Shown piece by piece: positions 52,013-64,000 of a stretch of DNA of 64,000 bases (positions are counted from its first letter, which is position 1; each line of letters opens with the position of its first letter). The notes beneath the pieces are model-generated. The model worked only from the letters and a program-made list of their open reading frames with translations, did no database searches and was not told the DNA's origin. The position numbers were made by a program, and so were the translations under genes. The DNA is from Lama glama (lineage: Eukaryota): assembly GCA_028534125.1 (NCBI GenBank), contig CM052817.1, positions 55,678,001 to 55,742,000 of the forward strand, read 5' to 3'.

Positions 52013-53729
52013 ATTCTCTTTTTGTTTATTTTTGTCTTTTTACACCATATTTTAAAAAGCTCTTTTTGTTCCCTTGTTTTATTCTTCTAATCTGTCTCCT
52101 TTCAGGCATTTAATCTTTTAGATATTTAACTCAAGTTGACTTAAAATAAAAAACTAGCTTGTCAATCATTTATTAATCTTTTTAAGTTTCATGTTGCCAT
52201 CAGTATGAATTTATGGACAAAAGAATTTATTTTCTAATTCTAGTCTAGGGAAGTGAGTAATTTTGAAGGATACATTAAAATAAAATAAAGACATTAATGA
52301 ATAAACTGTTGGTGAATTTCTATCAGCTGTGTGATTTTAAAGAGAATGTTGACTTCACTTAATCCAATAACATAAATCTGAATTGGGCACCTAAAATGGA
52401 AAATAAATGTATGGGAAGCTAAGATATTCCAGGCGTAAAAGAGATAAATGCCAGGACATTACATTTATTTTTATGTTTCAGCTCATTTATAATCTCTAAA
52501 TTTCTAAATTCTTATTTTTCCCTAATGAAATCTGACTGTATCTTCCTTTTTCTTTACTCTCAAGGCATAGCCATTACTTTGTGTTACTTTTTGTAAATTA
52601 ATGATAAATGGGTAAATGCATCAGATATTTTTATGAAACTGTATAATTAATTATATACGTAAACCTTTCTGAGAACATGTTTCTTATTCTCAGTGTCTCA
52701 ATATATGATTCTACCAGAATGTATAAATTTATTTAAATCATTTTTTGCAAAAAAAAAAAAAGACCTGGTTGAATAAATATGAAATCTACTATTAGAAAGT
52801 ACTAAATTTTTCTTCATTAACCTTTAGAATTTGTTTATGGATATATATTTTAAAACATTATAAGTTTGGTTTCTATCTTATGTTAAATATGGTTGTGTAC
52901 TTTTCCACATTTCTTTGCCTCTAAAAGTAATATATCTAGTGATAAACAGAACAGAAGCAAAACTCAAATTCCTTCATACTCAGATTTTTTTCAAAAGAAT
53001 TTTTAAATTTAATGTTTTTCTTATGTTATTTTTTCTCAATAATTTCAAGAGTATCCCTCACTCTTTCCCTCCCAGATTCTGGTGTGTGACCCTTTCTATA
53101 TAAATAATTCTAGGTTGTTTTTATAGTCTTTGAGGGAGAGGATTAGGAAATTGAATTTTTCTGGGTTTCTAAGAAAGGCATATTTTATGCACTGATACTC
53201 AAAAGAATTTGATTTACATACTATGTGTCTAGTAGTGTTTCAGAAATAAAATAATTATAAAAGGTGTTTTTTTCTCATCTTTCAACCATATTTGAAAACT
53301 AAACTCTATAAAGTAATTTAAATCATCTCAAATAATTTAAACTGAATATCAGGTTTATTATATAGAAAAAACAATTGCCATTATAATATAGTTTCAAGGA
53401 AAAGTGTTAAATTATTTTCTGAAAGACAAAGTGGATTTCTTCACATGAAGGGAGATAAGGTGATTCCCTGTAAACAGTCCTGCCTGTAAGCAGTAGGGCT
53501 GTGAGGGCAAACTTATGGTGAATGTAGAGTATCATAGCTTGATAGCACTGGAGCAGACCTTTTATCTAAAGGAATAATGTGCAATAAATCAGTATATTTT
53601 TCAGCTTTCAGAGAAACAGAACCACTAGGATTTGATGCTAACTAATTTGAATGCTGGTCAGTCTCTTTGAGGCTATTGTTTTCTGTCTGATGCTAGAACT
53701 AACAGTCCTCAAAGGGAGATTTTATCTAT

Positions 53730-54605
53730 ATATATAAATTTTAAGAGTTCTTTATACATTTTAGATAACAGTCCTTTATGAGATGTCTTTTGCAGATAAT
53801 TTCTCCTAGTCTCTGGTTTGTCTTCTAATTCCCTTGACATAATCTTTTGCAGAGCAGAAGATTTTAATTTTAATAAAGTCTAGCTTACTGTTTCTTTGAT
53901 GAATCATGTCTTTGGTATTGTACTTTAAAAGTTATCACCACCATACCCATAGTCATCTCAGTTTTCTCCTATTATGTCTTCAAGGAACTTTGTACTTTTT
54001 AATTTTACTTTTAGGTCTGATCCATTTTGAGTTAATTTTTGTGAAAGATGTAAGGTCTGTGTCTAGGTTCATCTTTTTGCATATGTGTGTCCAGGATTTT
54101 CAGACCATTTGTTGAAAATCTATCTTTGCTCCATTGTATTGCCTTTGTTCCTTTGTCAAAGATCAGTTGACTATATTTGTGTGGGTGTATTTCTTGGCTC
54201 TCATTTTGTTCCACTGATCTGTTTCTCTATCTTTTGCCAACACCGCACTATCTTTATTACTGTTAACTGTGGGGTAACTCTTGAATTTGGATAGCATTTG
54301 TCCTCCAGCTTCATTCTTCTCCTTCAGTATTTTGTTGGCTACTCTGGGTCTTTTTTGTTTCTCTGCATAAACTTTAGAGTCAGTTTGATTTCCATGAAAT
54401 AACTTGCTTTGATTTTGATTGGTATTGCATTGAATCTGTAGATCAAGTTGGGAAGAACATCTTGAAAATGTTGAGTCTTTCTGTTCATCAACATGGAATT
54501 CTCTATTTATTTGGTTCTTTGATGTCATTCATCAGAGTTTTATAGTTTTCTTCATAAATCTTGTATGTATTTTGTAAATTTATACCTAAGTATTTAACTT
54601 TTGGT
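53730..54605 (-). mobile_element. L1M ORF2 fragment
   Basis: ORFs 54032-54214 and 54163-54528 give L1 ORF2 motifs (EIHPHKYSQLIFDKGTKAIQWSKD; RVANKILKEKNEAGG; DQWNK). Confidence 0.88.
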
Positions 54606-54644
54606 CAAATAATTCTAAAATTGTTAAATTGTAGAATTCCTAAA

Positions 54645-54922
54645 ATTACAAGTCTGCATTCCTTCTGGAGGCTCAGAATTGTATCCATGTTTTTTTCTAT
54701 CTTCTAGAGACTTCCTGCATTCCATGGATTATTGGTATCTACCAAGCCAGTAGTATAGCATATTCCAGTTTCTCACTCTCTTTCATGCTTTCTCTTACCC
54801 TCCTGTCATTCTTTTATAATCTCCCTTGTTATTACATTGACTTCACCTGAATAATCCATGATCATCTCCTTCCCTAATGATCCTTAGCCTAATCACATTT
54901 AGAAAGACTCTTGTTGACATTA
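54645..54922 (-). mobile_element. MaLR LTR fragment (MLT1B/C/D-like)
   Basis: ctgcattccttctggaggctc..cttctagag..ctgcattcc..ccttgttattacattg..ataatcca..ccttagcctaatcacat. Confidence 0.75.
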
Positions 54923-54929
54923 GAAGCCA

Positions 54930-55380
54930 TCAATTAACCTATCTTACTATGTCCTCTGGTTTATTAATCTTTTCCTTTTCAATATCTAATATTCTGTTTA
55001 TCTAATTCAATGCATTTTTCATTATAGAAATTATAGTTTACAGCACTAGAAATTGATTTTTTGTTATTTTATTTGCCTTTGATGTTTCTACTTAGCATGC
55101 TCATCTTCTGGTTTCTTAAACATATGAAATAGTTATGTCACTTGATATCCTTGTCTATGCTATTAATTCTATCATTTATGCTATTTCTGGGTATGTTTCA
55201 ATTGTTTTTTATCCTAATTATAGTTAGTATTTTACCGCTTCTTTGCATGGATAATGATTTTTTAAATAACAAACTTTGTAAATTTTACCTTGCTGTGTGA
55301 TATATATTTATAATGTCCCTATAAATATTCTTGAGGTTTTTTTATAAGATACAGTTAAGTTAGAATTTTATATAATCTTT
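54930..55380 (-). mobile_element. Old L1 fragment (ORF1-side)
   Basis: atctaatattctgtt..tgcatttttcatt..cactagaaattgat..ttctatcatttatgctatttctgggt. Confidence 0.55.
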
Positions 55381-55619
55381 TTGAATATCAAAGCATTATG
55401 GACTGTAGAGAGCTGTAATGGACCTTCCAGGGTTTGACAGGTCTATATCCCAGTGGATGTAACTCTGTCACCTGGGAACTTTTTCAAAGCCCATATGTCT
55501 GAAACCTACCCAATCTAAAGTAATTAAAATAACGTCTAGAAGTATGGAGGGGTGAGGCAGAAGATGAAATTTTGAAAAACTCTGTGATTGCTTATTCCTG
55601 GTTAAGCATCAAAATGTAT

Positions 55620-55745
55620 TCCAAATCCCTAATTTTAGACATGGAAGCTGTGAGATGCCTAAAGCTAAGAAGTGGCATAGTCGAAGCCCAACATGTTCAT
55701 TAGTAGCTAGGCAGAGAGTAGGAACGAGGCTGAAACTATTTCATT
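55620..55745 (-). mobile_element. MIR fragment
   Basis: atccctaattttagacatggaagctgtgag..agtagctaggcagag. Confidence 0.5.
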
Positions 55746-57319
55746 ACAACAAATTTTTATATACACCAATATCATTTTATAAAATACCCAATTCATTTTC
55801 TTCTTGTTGTTTTAGCCCTACTAAAGTCTGAAACTAGGGAGGTTTAAGAGAAATAGGGAAATATAAACAGAGAGACTAATATTTATCTTTTATTTATACA
55901 TATAATTACACTCCAGATTTGCAGAATATATTTTAAGCCCGCACACTCCAATTTCACTAGAAAGTCTCATTTCACATTAGGACTATTTATAAAAATAAAA
56001 AGAAAGAAAAAAGAAATAGGGATCAGCAAAGAAGCTAAGCATTTTCTCTGTAATTCTTGACTGTGAAACTATATGAGTTAAATTTCAGGGTGTATATAGT
56101 GATGCCTTTATGCCTAGCTTACTTAGTACATTTCACTTAGTAGGACTTCAATAGGTATTTATAGAGAGACATTAATTTTCTAGTTGACAAACAGGCTTCA
56201 TTTGTTTTTTTTCTTATATTATTTTCTCTCCATATTTCCAGCTGCCTTTTGTTTGACATTCTTACTGTAAGGTGGTGAAGCACAGTGTTGGTATGGGTAT
56301 TTCTAGTGCCCTTTGTCAAATTTATGTACAAGTGTTCATTCTCCTTCCTCCTATCTTTGATTGGACCTTACCATTGGACACATTGCCAGCCTGAGTTAAA
56401 TTATAATTTCAGTTGTGAAAATTGTATTTTCCAGTGAAAACATGCAATTTTGTTCCTTTGTGTTTTAAACAGTGAATCTGTATTTGGCCAGGTGATTTTG
56501 CACCACAAAAAGCTGTCTTAATTCTAAACTGAGAACCAATTGGCATAGATAAAAGAGTTACTAACAAAGAGCACACCCTCATATACAAATAAAGAACTGG
56601 TTTCACAAGAAATATTCCAAGTATACTTGATCAGTATTTTCAGGTTTTCTTGTTAAAGTGTTTAAAAAAAAGTCATATTATAAACCAGCTTTTGTTAATA
56701 CAGACAGAGAAATGTGAACAAAAGATAACTATCTCATTGTGAGTCAAGGAAACCTACAATAATGTTAACTTGAATAGCTATTAAAATAAATTGATTTTTT
56801 AAAAGAAACAATCAAATTTAAGCAAGTTTCAAGCATTTTTCATGAGGTCTGAAATTTTTGCACTCCTGTAAAGATCTAAAAATTTCCAGATAATTGTAGG
56901 AGTGATTAATTTCATTATCCTAAACAGAGATGCTTGTGAAATTTGCATTTAAAGTAAAACAAGATAATAGAATCTTTCACTAACAAATTTCACTTTTATT
57001 TCGTTAGTTTTATTCAACCTGGGGGAAAAAAACCCTCAAAAATAATCATTTATGGAAAAAGCATAATGATTTCCCCACAGTAAAACTTAAATGAGAAACA
57101 CAGAGTTAAAATAATCTAAATTATTTAGATCAGAAATAACATGTAATTCTCAACCATTGTTAATATTAGTACCTTCTTGATATAGGTACTTTTAAAATAA
57201 TTATGATATAAATGCACACAGAATATGGAATTTTCATAATATCTCACCCAACTGCACTTCTGGATTTTATACTTGACACCTAAGTGTGAGATCAAGGAGG
57301 GGTTGTGTGTTCATAAACA

Positions 57320-57530
57320 TTGCATATTCTGAAAAAAATGTGGGCTCTAGAGTCAGAATTAGGGCACTAATTTCATCTCTGGTATATGGCAGCAGCATTG
57401 CTGAGGCCATGAACTCTAGAATCAGAAACACATGGGTTTATAATGTTTTGTTATTTTTTAAATTAATGTTAGTTGAGAAAGTACAAGTAGAAAAGCTCAG
57501 CACAATTCCTGAAATATATTAACGATTCAA
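57320..57530 (+). mobile_element. MIR fragments
   Basis: gtgggctctagagtcaga..gaactctagaatcaga..aaagctcagcacaattcctg. Confidence 0.5.
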
Positions 57531-59340
57531 GATACTCTATTTTTCATTAGTTGTAGTACAGTCACACTAACTATATGACCATGTGTATCAAGGTGGTATA
57601 GGTCTGCATGAGTGTATGTTTGTATTTTAATCCATGAATAAGGGATACACTGTCTTAGTATATTTTGAGTGTTGGTAATGACATATGTAAAATGTATGAT
57701 ATGTATTTTGCATTTTATTTATATGAGAGATAGTAGCTCCTATATTCAATTACTACAATTCAGCCTTCAATATTCACAACTTCTGAAATTACTGAATAAA
57801 TGGAATCATCATGGTATTGAAAAGTAATTAAATACTGTGCTTTGATCATTAAAGCCAATAATTATATCTATGTTATATTTACTGTTCATATCAGTTAAGG
57901 ATATTTCACAGATTTATCTATGAAAGTTCTTTCCTTCCAAAACAATAACAAAAAAACTATCAAATCTTACCATTATTGGCCTTGTGAATGGCATACCATT
58001 TCAGTTTGGTACTATAAAACAGGAGTTCTGTAAGGTTCAGACCACTCAGAAAAACAAAATAAACAAACAAAAATTAAGAGCATCTTTCTTTTCTATTCTA
58101 ATGCATTGATACACATGGTGATATTTCTTTAGATATAATTGACACATAACATTATATTAGTTTCAGGTGTACAACATAATGCCCCAGTATTTGTGTATAT
58201 TGTGAAATGATGGCTACAGTAAATCTTGTTAATATCCATCACAGTTACAATTTTTTTCTTCTTCTAAAAACTTTTAAGGTTTATTCTTAGTAACTTTCTA
58301 ATATGCAGTACAGTATTATTAACTATAGTCACCATGCTTAGCATTAAATTTCATGACATTTATTTTATAGCTGGATGTTTGTACTTTATAACCCCTTTTA
58401 CCTAGTTCTTCCATTGCCCCTCTTCTTGCCTCATAACCATCAATCTGTTCTTTGTATCTATCAGTTTACTTTTTTTGGTGTTTGTTTGGTTTGTTTGTAG
58501 ACTCCACATGTAAGTGAGATCATTTAGTACTTGTCTTCCTCTGTATTATTTATGTCACTTAACATAATGCCCTCAAGGGTCATGCATGTTGTTGCAAATG
58601 GCAAGATTTGATTATTTTGTTTAATGGCTGACTAACATTCTGTTGAAAACATATACCACATTTTCTTTTTCCATTCATCTATCAACAGGTAGTTTGCTTC
58701 CATATCTTGGCTATTGTAATAAAGCTGCAATGCACATAGGGGCGCATATATCTTTTGAAGTTGGTTTTTGAATCGAAGTGGCAAGAGTGAGCATCCTTTT
58801 CTTGTTTTCTGATCTAAGAGGAAAATCTTCCAGCTTTTCACCATCAAGCATGATGTCAGTGGGCTTGTCATGGATGGCCTTTATTGAGATATGTTCCCTC
58901 TATACTCACTTTGAGTTTTTATTATAATTGGATATTGAATTTTTTCAGATGCTTTTTTGCATCTATTGAGATGACCATATGACTTTTAACCTGCATTTAG
59001 TGTGGTAGATCATTGATTTGTGAATGTTAATCCATCTTTGCATCTCGGGAATAAATCCCACTTTATCATGTTGCATGATCATTTTCATGTATTGCTGAAT
59101 TTGGTTTGCTAATATTTTAAAGAATTTTTGTATCTGTGTTCATCAGGGAGATTGGCTTTTCTTTTCTTTTGGCATTCTTGTTTGTTTTTGGTATTATGGT
59201 AATCCTGGCTTCGTAAAATGAGTGTGGAGATCTTCCATTTTTTGAAACAATTTGAGAAGAATTTTTTTTTAAGTTGTATAGAATTCAGTAGTAAAGTTGA
59301 TGATGAACTTCTGTCTTTAGTTTGTTGATAGGTTTTGATT

Positions 59341-59783
59341 TTTAATTAAATATACTTGACATATAACTTTCTGTAAATTAAAGGTGTACCATGTGTTAAT
59401 TTGATACACTTATATATGGTAATATGATTGCCATTATAGTGATATTTAGCTTCTCTATCACATAACATAATTATCTTTTCTCTTTAGTGGTTGAGATAAA
59501 TAAGTAGTTTCTTATTAAGTTTGATTATAGTATAAATCTGTTGTCTATATTCATCATACTGTGCATATATCTCCATGGCTTATTTACTACTTGTTGCAAC
59601 TTTGTGCCTTTAAACAATATAAATCTTATCCCCTCACTCCATTTGTTCTTTACAGGTTTGACTTTTGTAGATTCTGAATATTGGTGATATCACACAGTAC
59701 TTGTCCTTAATGTGCTCAGGATCCATGCAGGTTGTCACAAATGACCAGATATCCTCCTTTCTCATAGCTAAATAACATTCCAT

Positions 59784-59828
<45 letters not shown>

Positions 59829-61586
59829 ATATACACATACACTGTATCATTTGTTTTATCCATTCATCTGTTGATGGGCATTTAGGTTATTTCAATATCT
59901 TAGGTATTGTGAATAACGCTGCAGCAAACATGGGAGCACACATATCTCTTCAAAATCCTGTTTTCATTTTCATATCCAAAACAGCATTGCCAAGATCAGT
60001 GTTGAGGCACATCTCCCTATGTTTTCTTCTAGGAGTTTTATGGTAGCAAGTCTTACAAATCTTTGATCCATTTTGAGTTAATTATTGTAAGTGTTACAAG
60101 ATAGAAGTCCGGTTTCGTTTTTCCTCGTTTGTTTCTTCAGTTTCCCCAGCATCATCCATTGAAGATACTGTCTTTTTCTCATTGGGTATTCTTGGCTCCC
60201 TTGTTGAATACCAGTTTACCATTTATGCTGGGCTTTCATTTTGGGCTCTCTATTCTGTTCTGTGAGTCTGTGTGTTTATTTTCATAGTAGTATGTTGTTT
60301 TTTTATTACTATGGCTTAATAGTATAGTTTGAAATCAGGAAGCATGTATCTGGCTTTTTTTTAATTGAAGTATAGTTGACTTACCATAAAGTGTTAGTTT
60401 CTGGTGTACACACACATATGTGTGTGTGTATATTTACATAACTGAATACATATATGTATATATATTCAAGATACTGAATATAGTTCCCTGTGATGCACAT
60501 AGGATCTTTTTGTTTATCTATTTTAGACGCAGCTTCCATCTGCCAGTCTCAGACTCTTAATTTATCCCTCCCCCTGCTTTCCCCTTTGGTAACCATAAGT
60601 CTGTCTTCTTGTCTGTGAGTCTGTTTTATAAATAAATTCATTTGTATCATATTTTAGTTTCCACATATAACTGATATCATATACTTGCCTTTCTCTGTCT
60701 GACTTACTTCAGTTAGTATGATTATCTCTGGGTCCACCCATGTTGCTGCAAATGGCATTATCTCATTCTTTTTTATGCCTGAGTAGTATTCCATTGTATA
60801 TATACCAGATCTTCTCAATCCATTCATCTGTTGATGGACACTTCCATGTCTTGGCTATTGTGAATAGTGCTGCTCTGAACATGTATCTTTTCAAATTAGA
60901 GTTTTCTCCAAATATATACCCAAGAGTGGGATTGCTTATATCCTATGGTAACTCTACTTTTAGTTTAAGGGACCTCCATACTGCTTTCCATAGTGGCTGC
61001 ACCTGGCTTTGTTTTTATTCTCAGGGTTGTTTGGGCATTCATTAAAATGCTGGTGTTGGAAAAAAAAAAAACTGGCAGCAGAGTGGAGAGAAGTGAGAGC
61101 TTTGTACCTGACACTTTGGGTGTGCCCACAATCCAGTAGGAAGATCCTCGTGTGGGGGATTCCCAGAGGTCCTGGGGCTTGTCTCTTGCTGAAAGCCTAG
61201 AGAACACAGTAGGAAATGGCTTCATTAAGTTCTTTTTGCCTTCCTTGGCCCTCTCATTTCCTTCCCCCTAGTCACAGAGGTACCTCCACAGAAAGAGCAA
61301 CAGGTCCCCTCTATCTGAAGTCCATGTGGCCTGGAAGACTTTCATTACCACTTTCACTTTCCAGTTCCTCTGTCAGAAAGGTCATTGTGCTTAGCCTGCT
61401 GCTCAAACTCCCTTGGCATCGTAGCGTCCTCTGAGGTCCAGTCTACCTGCTTTAGGATGCATAGATGGATGGATCTCTGGTGTCCTGTGCAGAAGTACTT
61501 TCATCAGTTATGGATGTCTGATTAGTTGTGAATAGTGGGGGACAGATAAAAGGAAAGTTTCAGACTGCTGTGATGCTGACTTCCCT
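59341..61586 (-). mobile_element. Middle L1 inserted in the outer L1; internally deleted, apparently with both 3' end and 5' UTR
   Basis: TSD aggttttgatt at 59330-59340 and 61590-61600; 3' UTR at 59341; ORF2 pieces at 59840-60350 and 61003-61045; GC-richer 61050-61586 resembles an L1 5' UTR. Confidence 0.75.
60358..61002 (-). mobile_element. Inner 5'-truncated L1 inserted in the middle L1
   Basis: Poly-T then aattgaagtatagttga 3' end; TSD ctggcttt at 60350-60357 and 61003-61010. Confidence 0.9.
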
Positions 61587-62039
61587 GGGAGGTTTTGATT
61601 ACTGATTCAGCAGCCTCACTAGCACTTGATTGTTCCTGTTTTCTATTTCTTCATGATTGAAATTTATCCATTTTTTAGGTTATACAGTTTTTTTGGCATG
61701 TAATTGTTTATGCGTCTCTTATGATCCTTTGTATTTCTGTGGCATCAGTTGTAATAGCTCCTCTTTCATTTAAACTTTATTGGAGTCCTCTCTTGTTTCT
61801 TAAAAAGAGGGGTTTGTCAGTTTTATCTTTTTAAGGTATCTTTCCAAAGCTGTTACTTTCACTGATCCTTTCTATTTTCTTTTATGCCTCCATTTTATTT
61901 ATTTCTGCTCTGATATTTCCTTCCTTGTACCAACTTGGGGCCTCATTTGGTCTTCTTGTATACATAGGAAGATTTTTATGAAGACTGCAAATACTAAATT
62001 CCTATTATGTTGCCAGGAATAATGGCTAACTTATATAAA

Positions 62040-62230
62040 GTTCTTATTTAGTGCTAACCTATGTTGTAAGCCAGACATGTCAGTAATATCAACAGCTGTA
62101 TGGTATGGTTACTATGGGTCAAAGGGTTATTAAACAGTTTATAAATTTTCAGAGTTGATAAGTGGCAGAACCAGTTCTTAACTAGGAAGTTGACCTCAAC
62201 CATGTATCAAATCACTATGCTATGTGACCA
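62040..62230 (-). mobile_element. MIR fragment
   Basis: gtgctaacctatg..aagtggcagaaccag..gttgacctcaa..aatcactatgct. Confidence 0.55.
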
Positions 62231-63037
62231 TATGCTTTACTTTTATATAGATATTGATCTATTTCTGAAATCACATCTACATTCAATTTTTACTGTTAGT
62301 TCATTTTTCCTATAATGATTTTAGTACCCTATAGTTTTTAATCTTTTACTTTATATTTATCATTTATGATGGCTTCATCCACTTTTGATGATGGTATTGT
62401 TCTCTTCGTGATGTTTTAGAGATTCTTCCATTGTGGTCTGGCATTTAATATTACAAAAGATATGGATGTATGTTTCTATTTTTAACTTTGTTTTTATTTC
62501 TTAGTTTTGTTGTTTCCATGTTTTCTTTTCCATGTTTCCTCTAGCTTATTGGTGTTTTCTATTTTATGTTTTAGTCAAACTATTATTTCATGGATTCTAA
62601 ATTTATTTTTTCTAAAATTTAAATTCTCTTGGAGAGAATTTGTAATTTAATATACAACATTGTGTATTCAACAGGATTGTATTTAAGAGTAACTGATTTT
62701 ATATTGTGAAGAAGCCTAGAACTTGAGAGTAATAAAATAAACCATATTAACTTTTAAAGTAAGTGAATCTGAATAACTGAGTCTTCATGTTAGAGTCCTC
62801 ATAACAGTCCTTATTAAAAAACAAAGTACAGTCATTAGGACTACACTAAAAGTTATCTTTGTTCAGTTTATTAATCTAAATAACTGACATGGAAATGAAA
62901 ACTGGACAAAAAGGTACTACAAACTTTCTATGATACTGACATCAATTGTCCATCAAAAAATACTTTCTGAATCCAGATACTCATTTTGGTTTTTTACCAA
63001 TTACTTTTTTTTAATATATGGAGGATATTATCTTATA

Positions 63038-63170
63038 TTTATTCATTGATTCATTTATTGATTCATTCTTTCAACAATTATTAAAAGCTTACAGTAAGCC
63101 TGACACAGTAGTAGGTAATAGGGCTGCAGCAGGACTAAAGACAAAGCCCCCTGCCTTCATAGAATGTATT
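63038..63170 (-). mobile_element. L2 3' end
   Basis: (attc)n..tcaacaattattaa..gcctgacacagtagtagg..aagacaaagccccctgccttcatag. Confidence 0.75.
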
Positions 63171-63892
63171 TCATGATGTTTGATTATTTTCCATGTGTCA
63201 GAAGTTCCCTTAGGTAACTGGTTTATAATCTATTCAAATAATCTCTTAAAATACCCACAAATTCTCCACTTTACATATATTTATTCAACTTTATTATCAA
63301 AAACAAATATCTTTAATTATTCCAGCATTCTATTTTTAACATGCATAAACTTCCTCTGGACTAGATGAAGTGTAAAAATATTTTTTATTTATGTAAGGAT
63401 GATGTAATGTCTAACAGTATTGAAATACTCTATAGAGATTAACTCACATTACGTATAAAACCAAAGAATGCCCACTACAAAATCATTGTGAAAGTTGTGT
63501 TAGGAGGTCACTTCTATATGATATATATATAAAATCTCCAGCATTTCAATTGGTAAAGTATAGTGCCTCATAATGTCATGTAATGGCAGGAATAAAGACA
63601 CAATGTAAACATCTGAACTTACTACTCAAGTAAATTATTCCAGCTTTTTTTCATTTGTTTTAGCAATTTAATCAATAGTTTAAAAACACAACACTCATTC
63701 CAAAACCACAGTGTGCTGTCAAGTAATTTCATTATCACCATCCCCAAATCAAATAAACTAAGTCATTGTAAAAAGAAAAAAAAAGTTATTCACACTATAA
63801 GAATATATTTTTTAAATGATTTAAATGCCAAAGGAATTGTAAAAACAAATACAATTAGAAATTCGACAAAATGTTTTAAGTCAAATATGTTA

Positions 63893-64000
63893 ACGTTTGA
63901 CCTTGAGCAACATGGCTTTGAACTGCATGGGTCCATTTATACAAATTTTTTCAGTAAATATGTACTGCTGTACTACATGATCCACAGTTGGTTAAATCTG
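63893..64000. mobile_element. TcMar-Tigger MITE (Tigger2-derived), cut off by the window end
   Basis: ttgaccttgagcaacatggctttgaactgcatgggtccatttatac..tactacatgatccacagttggttaaatctg resembles the Tigger2 terminus. Confidence 0.8.

Larger units (their letters stand above)
58125..61960 (-). mobile_element. Outer L1 (L1MA-like), split into 58125-59340 and 61586-61960
   Basis: 3' end gatataattgacacataacattatattagtttcagg; RT-region sequence at 58770-59340 resumes colinearly at 61590 (ggaggttttgattactgattc). Confidence 0.88.

Noticed and set aside
1..64000. CRISPR array, operon or other prokaryotic-type system
   Set aside because: The sequence is mammalian, with no regularly spaced repeat-spacer array and no dense coding regions

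Overview
AT-rich mammalian genomic DNA, very probably camelid (alpaca/llama/camel), judged from two tRNA-Ala-derived SINEs that resemble the Vic-1 family and one young L1. I found no host protein-coding exon, rRNA, genuine tRNA or CRISPR array. The only ORFs with recognisable protein similarity are L1 ORF1/ORF2 remnants, so the window reads as intergenic or deep-intronic. Much of it is interspersed repeat: L1s of several ages, L2, MIR, hAT-Charlie and Tigger MITEs, and ERV1/ERVL/MaLR solo LTRs. There is one 100-N scaffold gap at 17412-17511. The most notable observations are: (1) a nested cluster of three LTRs at 42.9-44.8 kb that is unusually CpG-rich and carries MYB, CRE, ETS and YY1-like motifs, a candidate germline promoter; (2) a 17-bp exact copy of that LTR sequence replacing normal L1 sequence 2.7 kb away; (3) a three-level nested L1 at 58-62 kb whose middle member appears to keep both termini in only ~1.6 kb; (4) several non-coding exon-like units and repeat-free, motif-rich blocks. 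Family names come from my recollection of consensus sequences, not from a search. Boundaries are approximate unless a target-site duplication (TSD) is given. I do not see convincing evidence for a novel multi-gene system.
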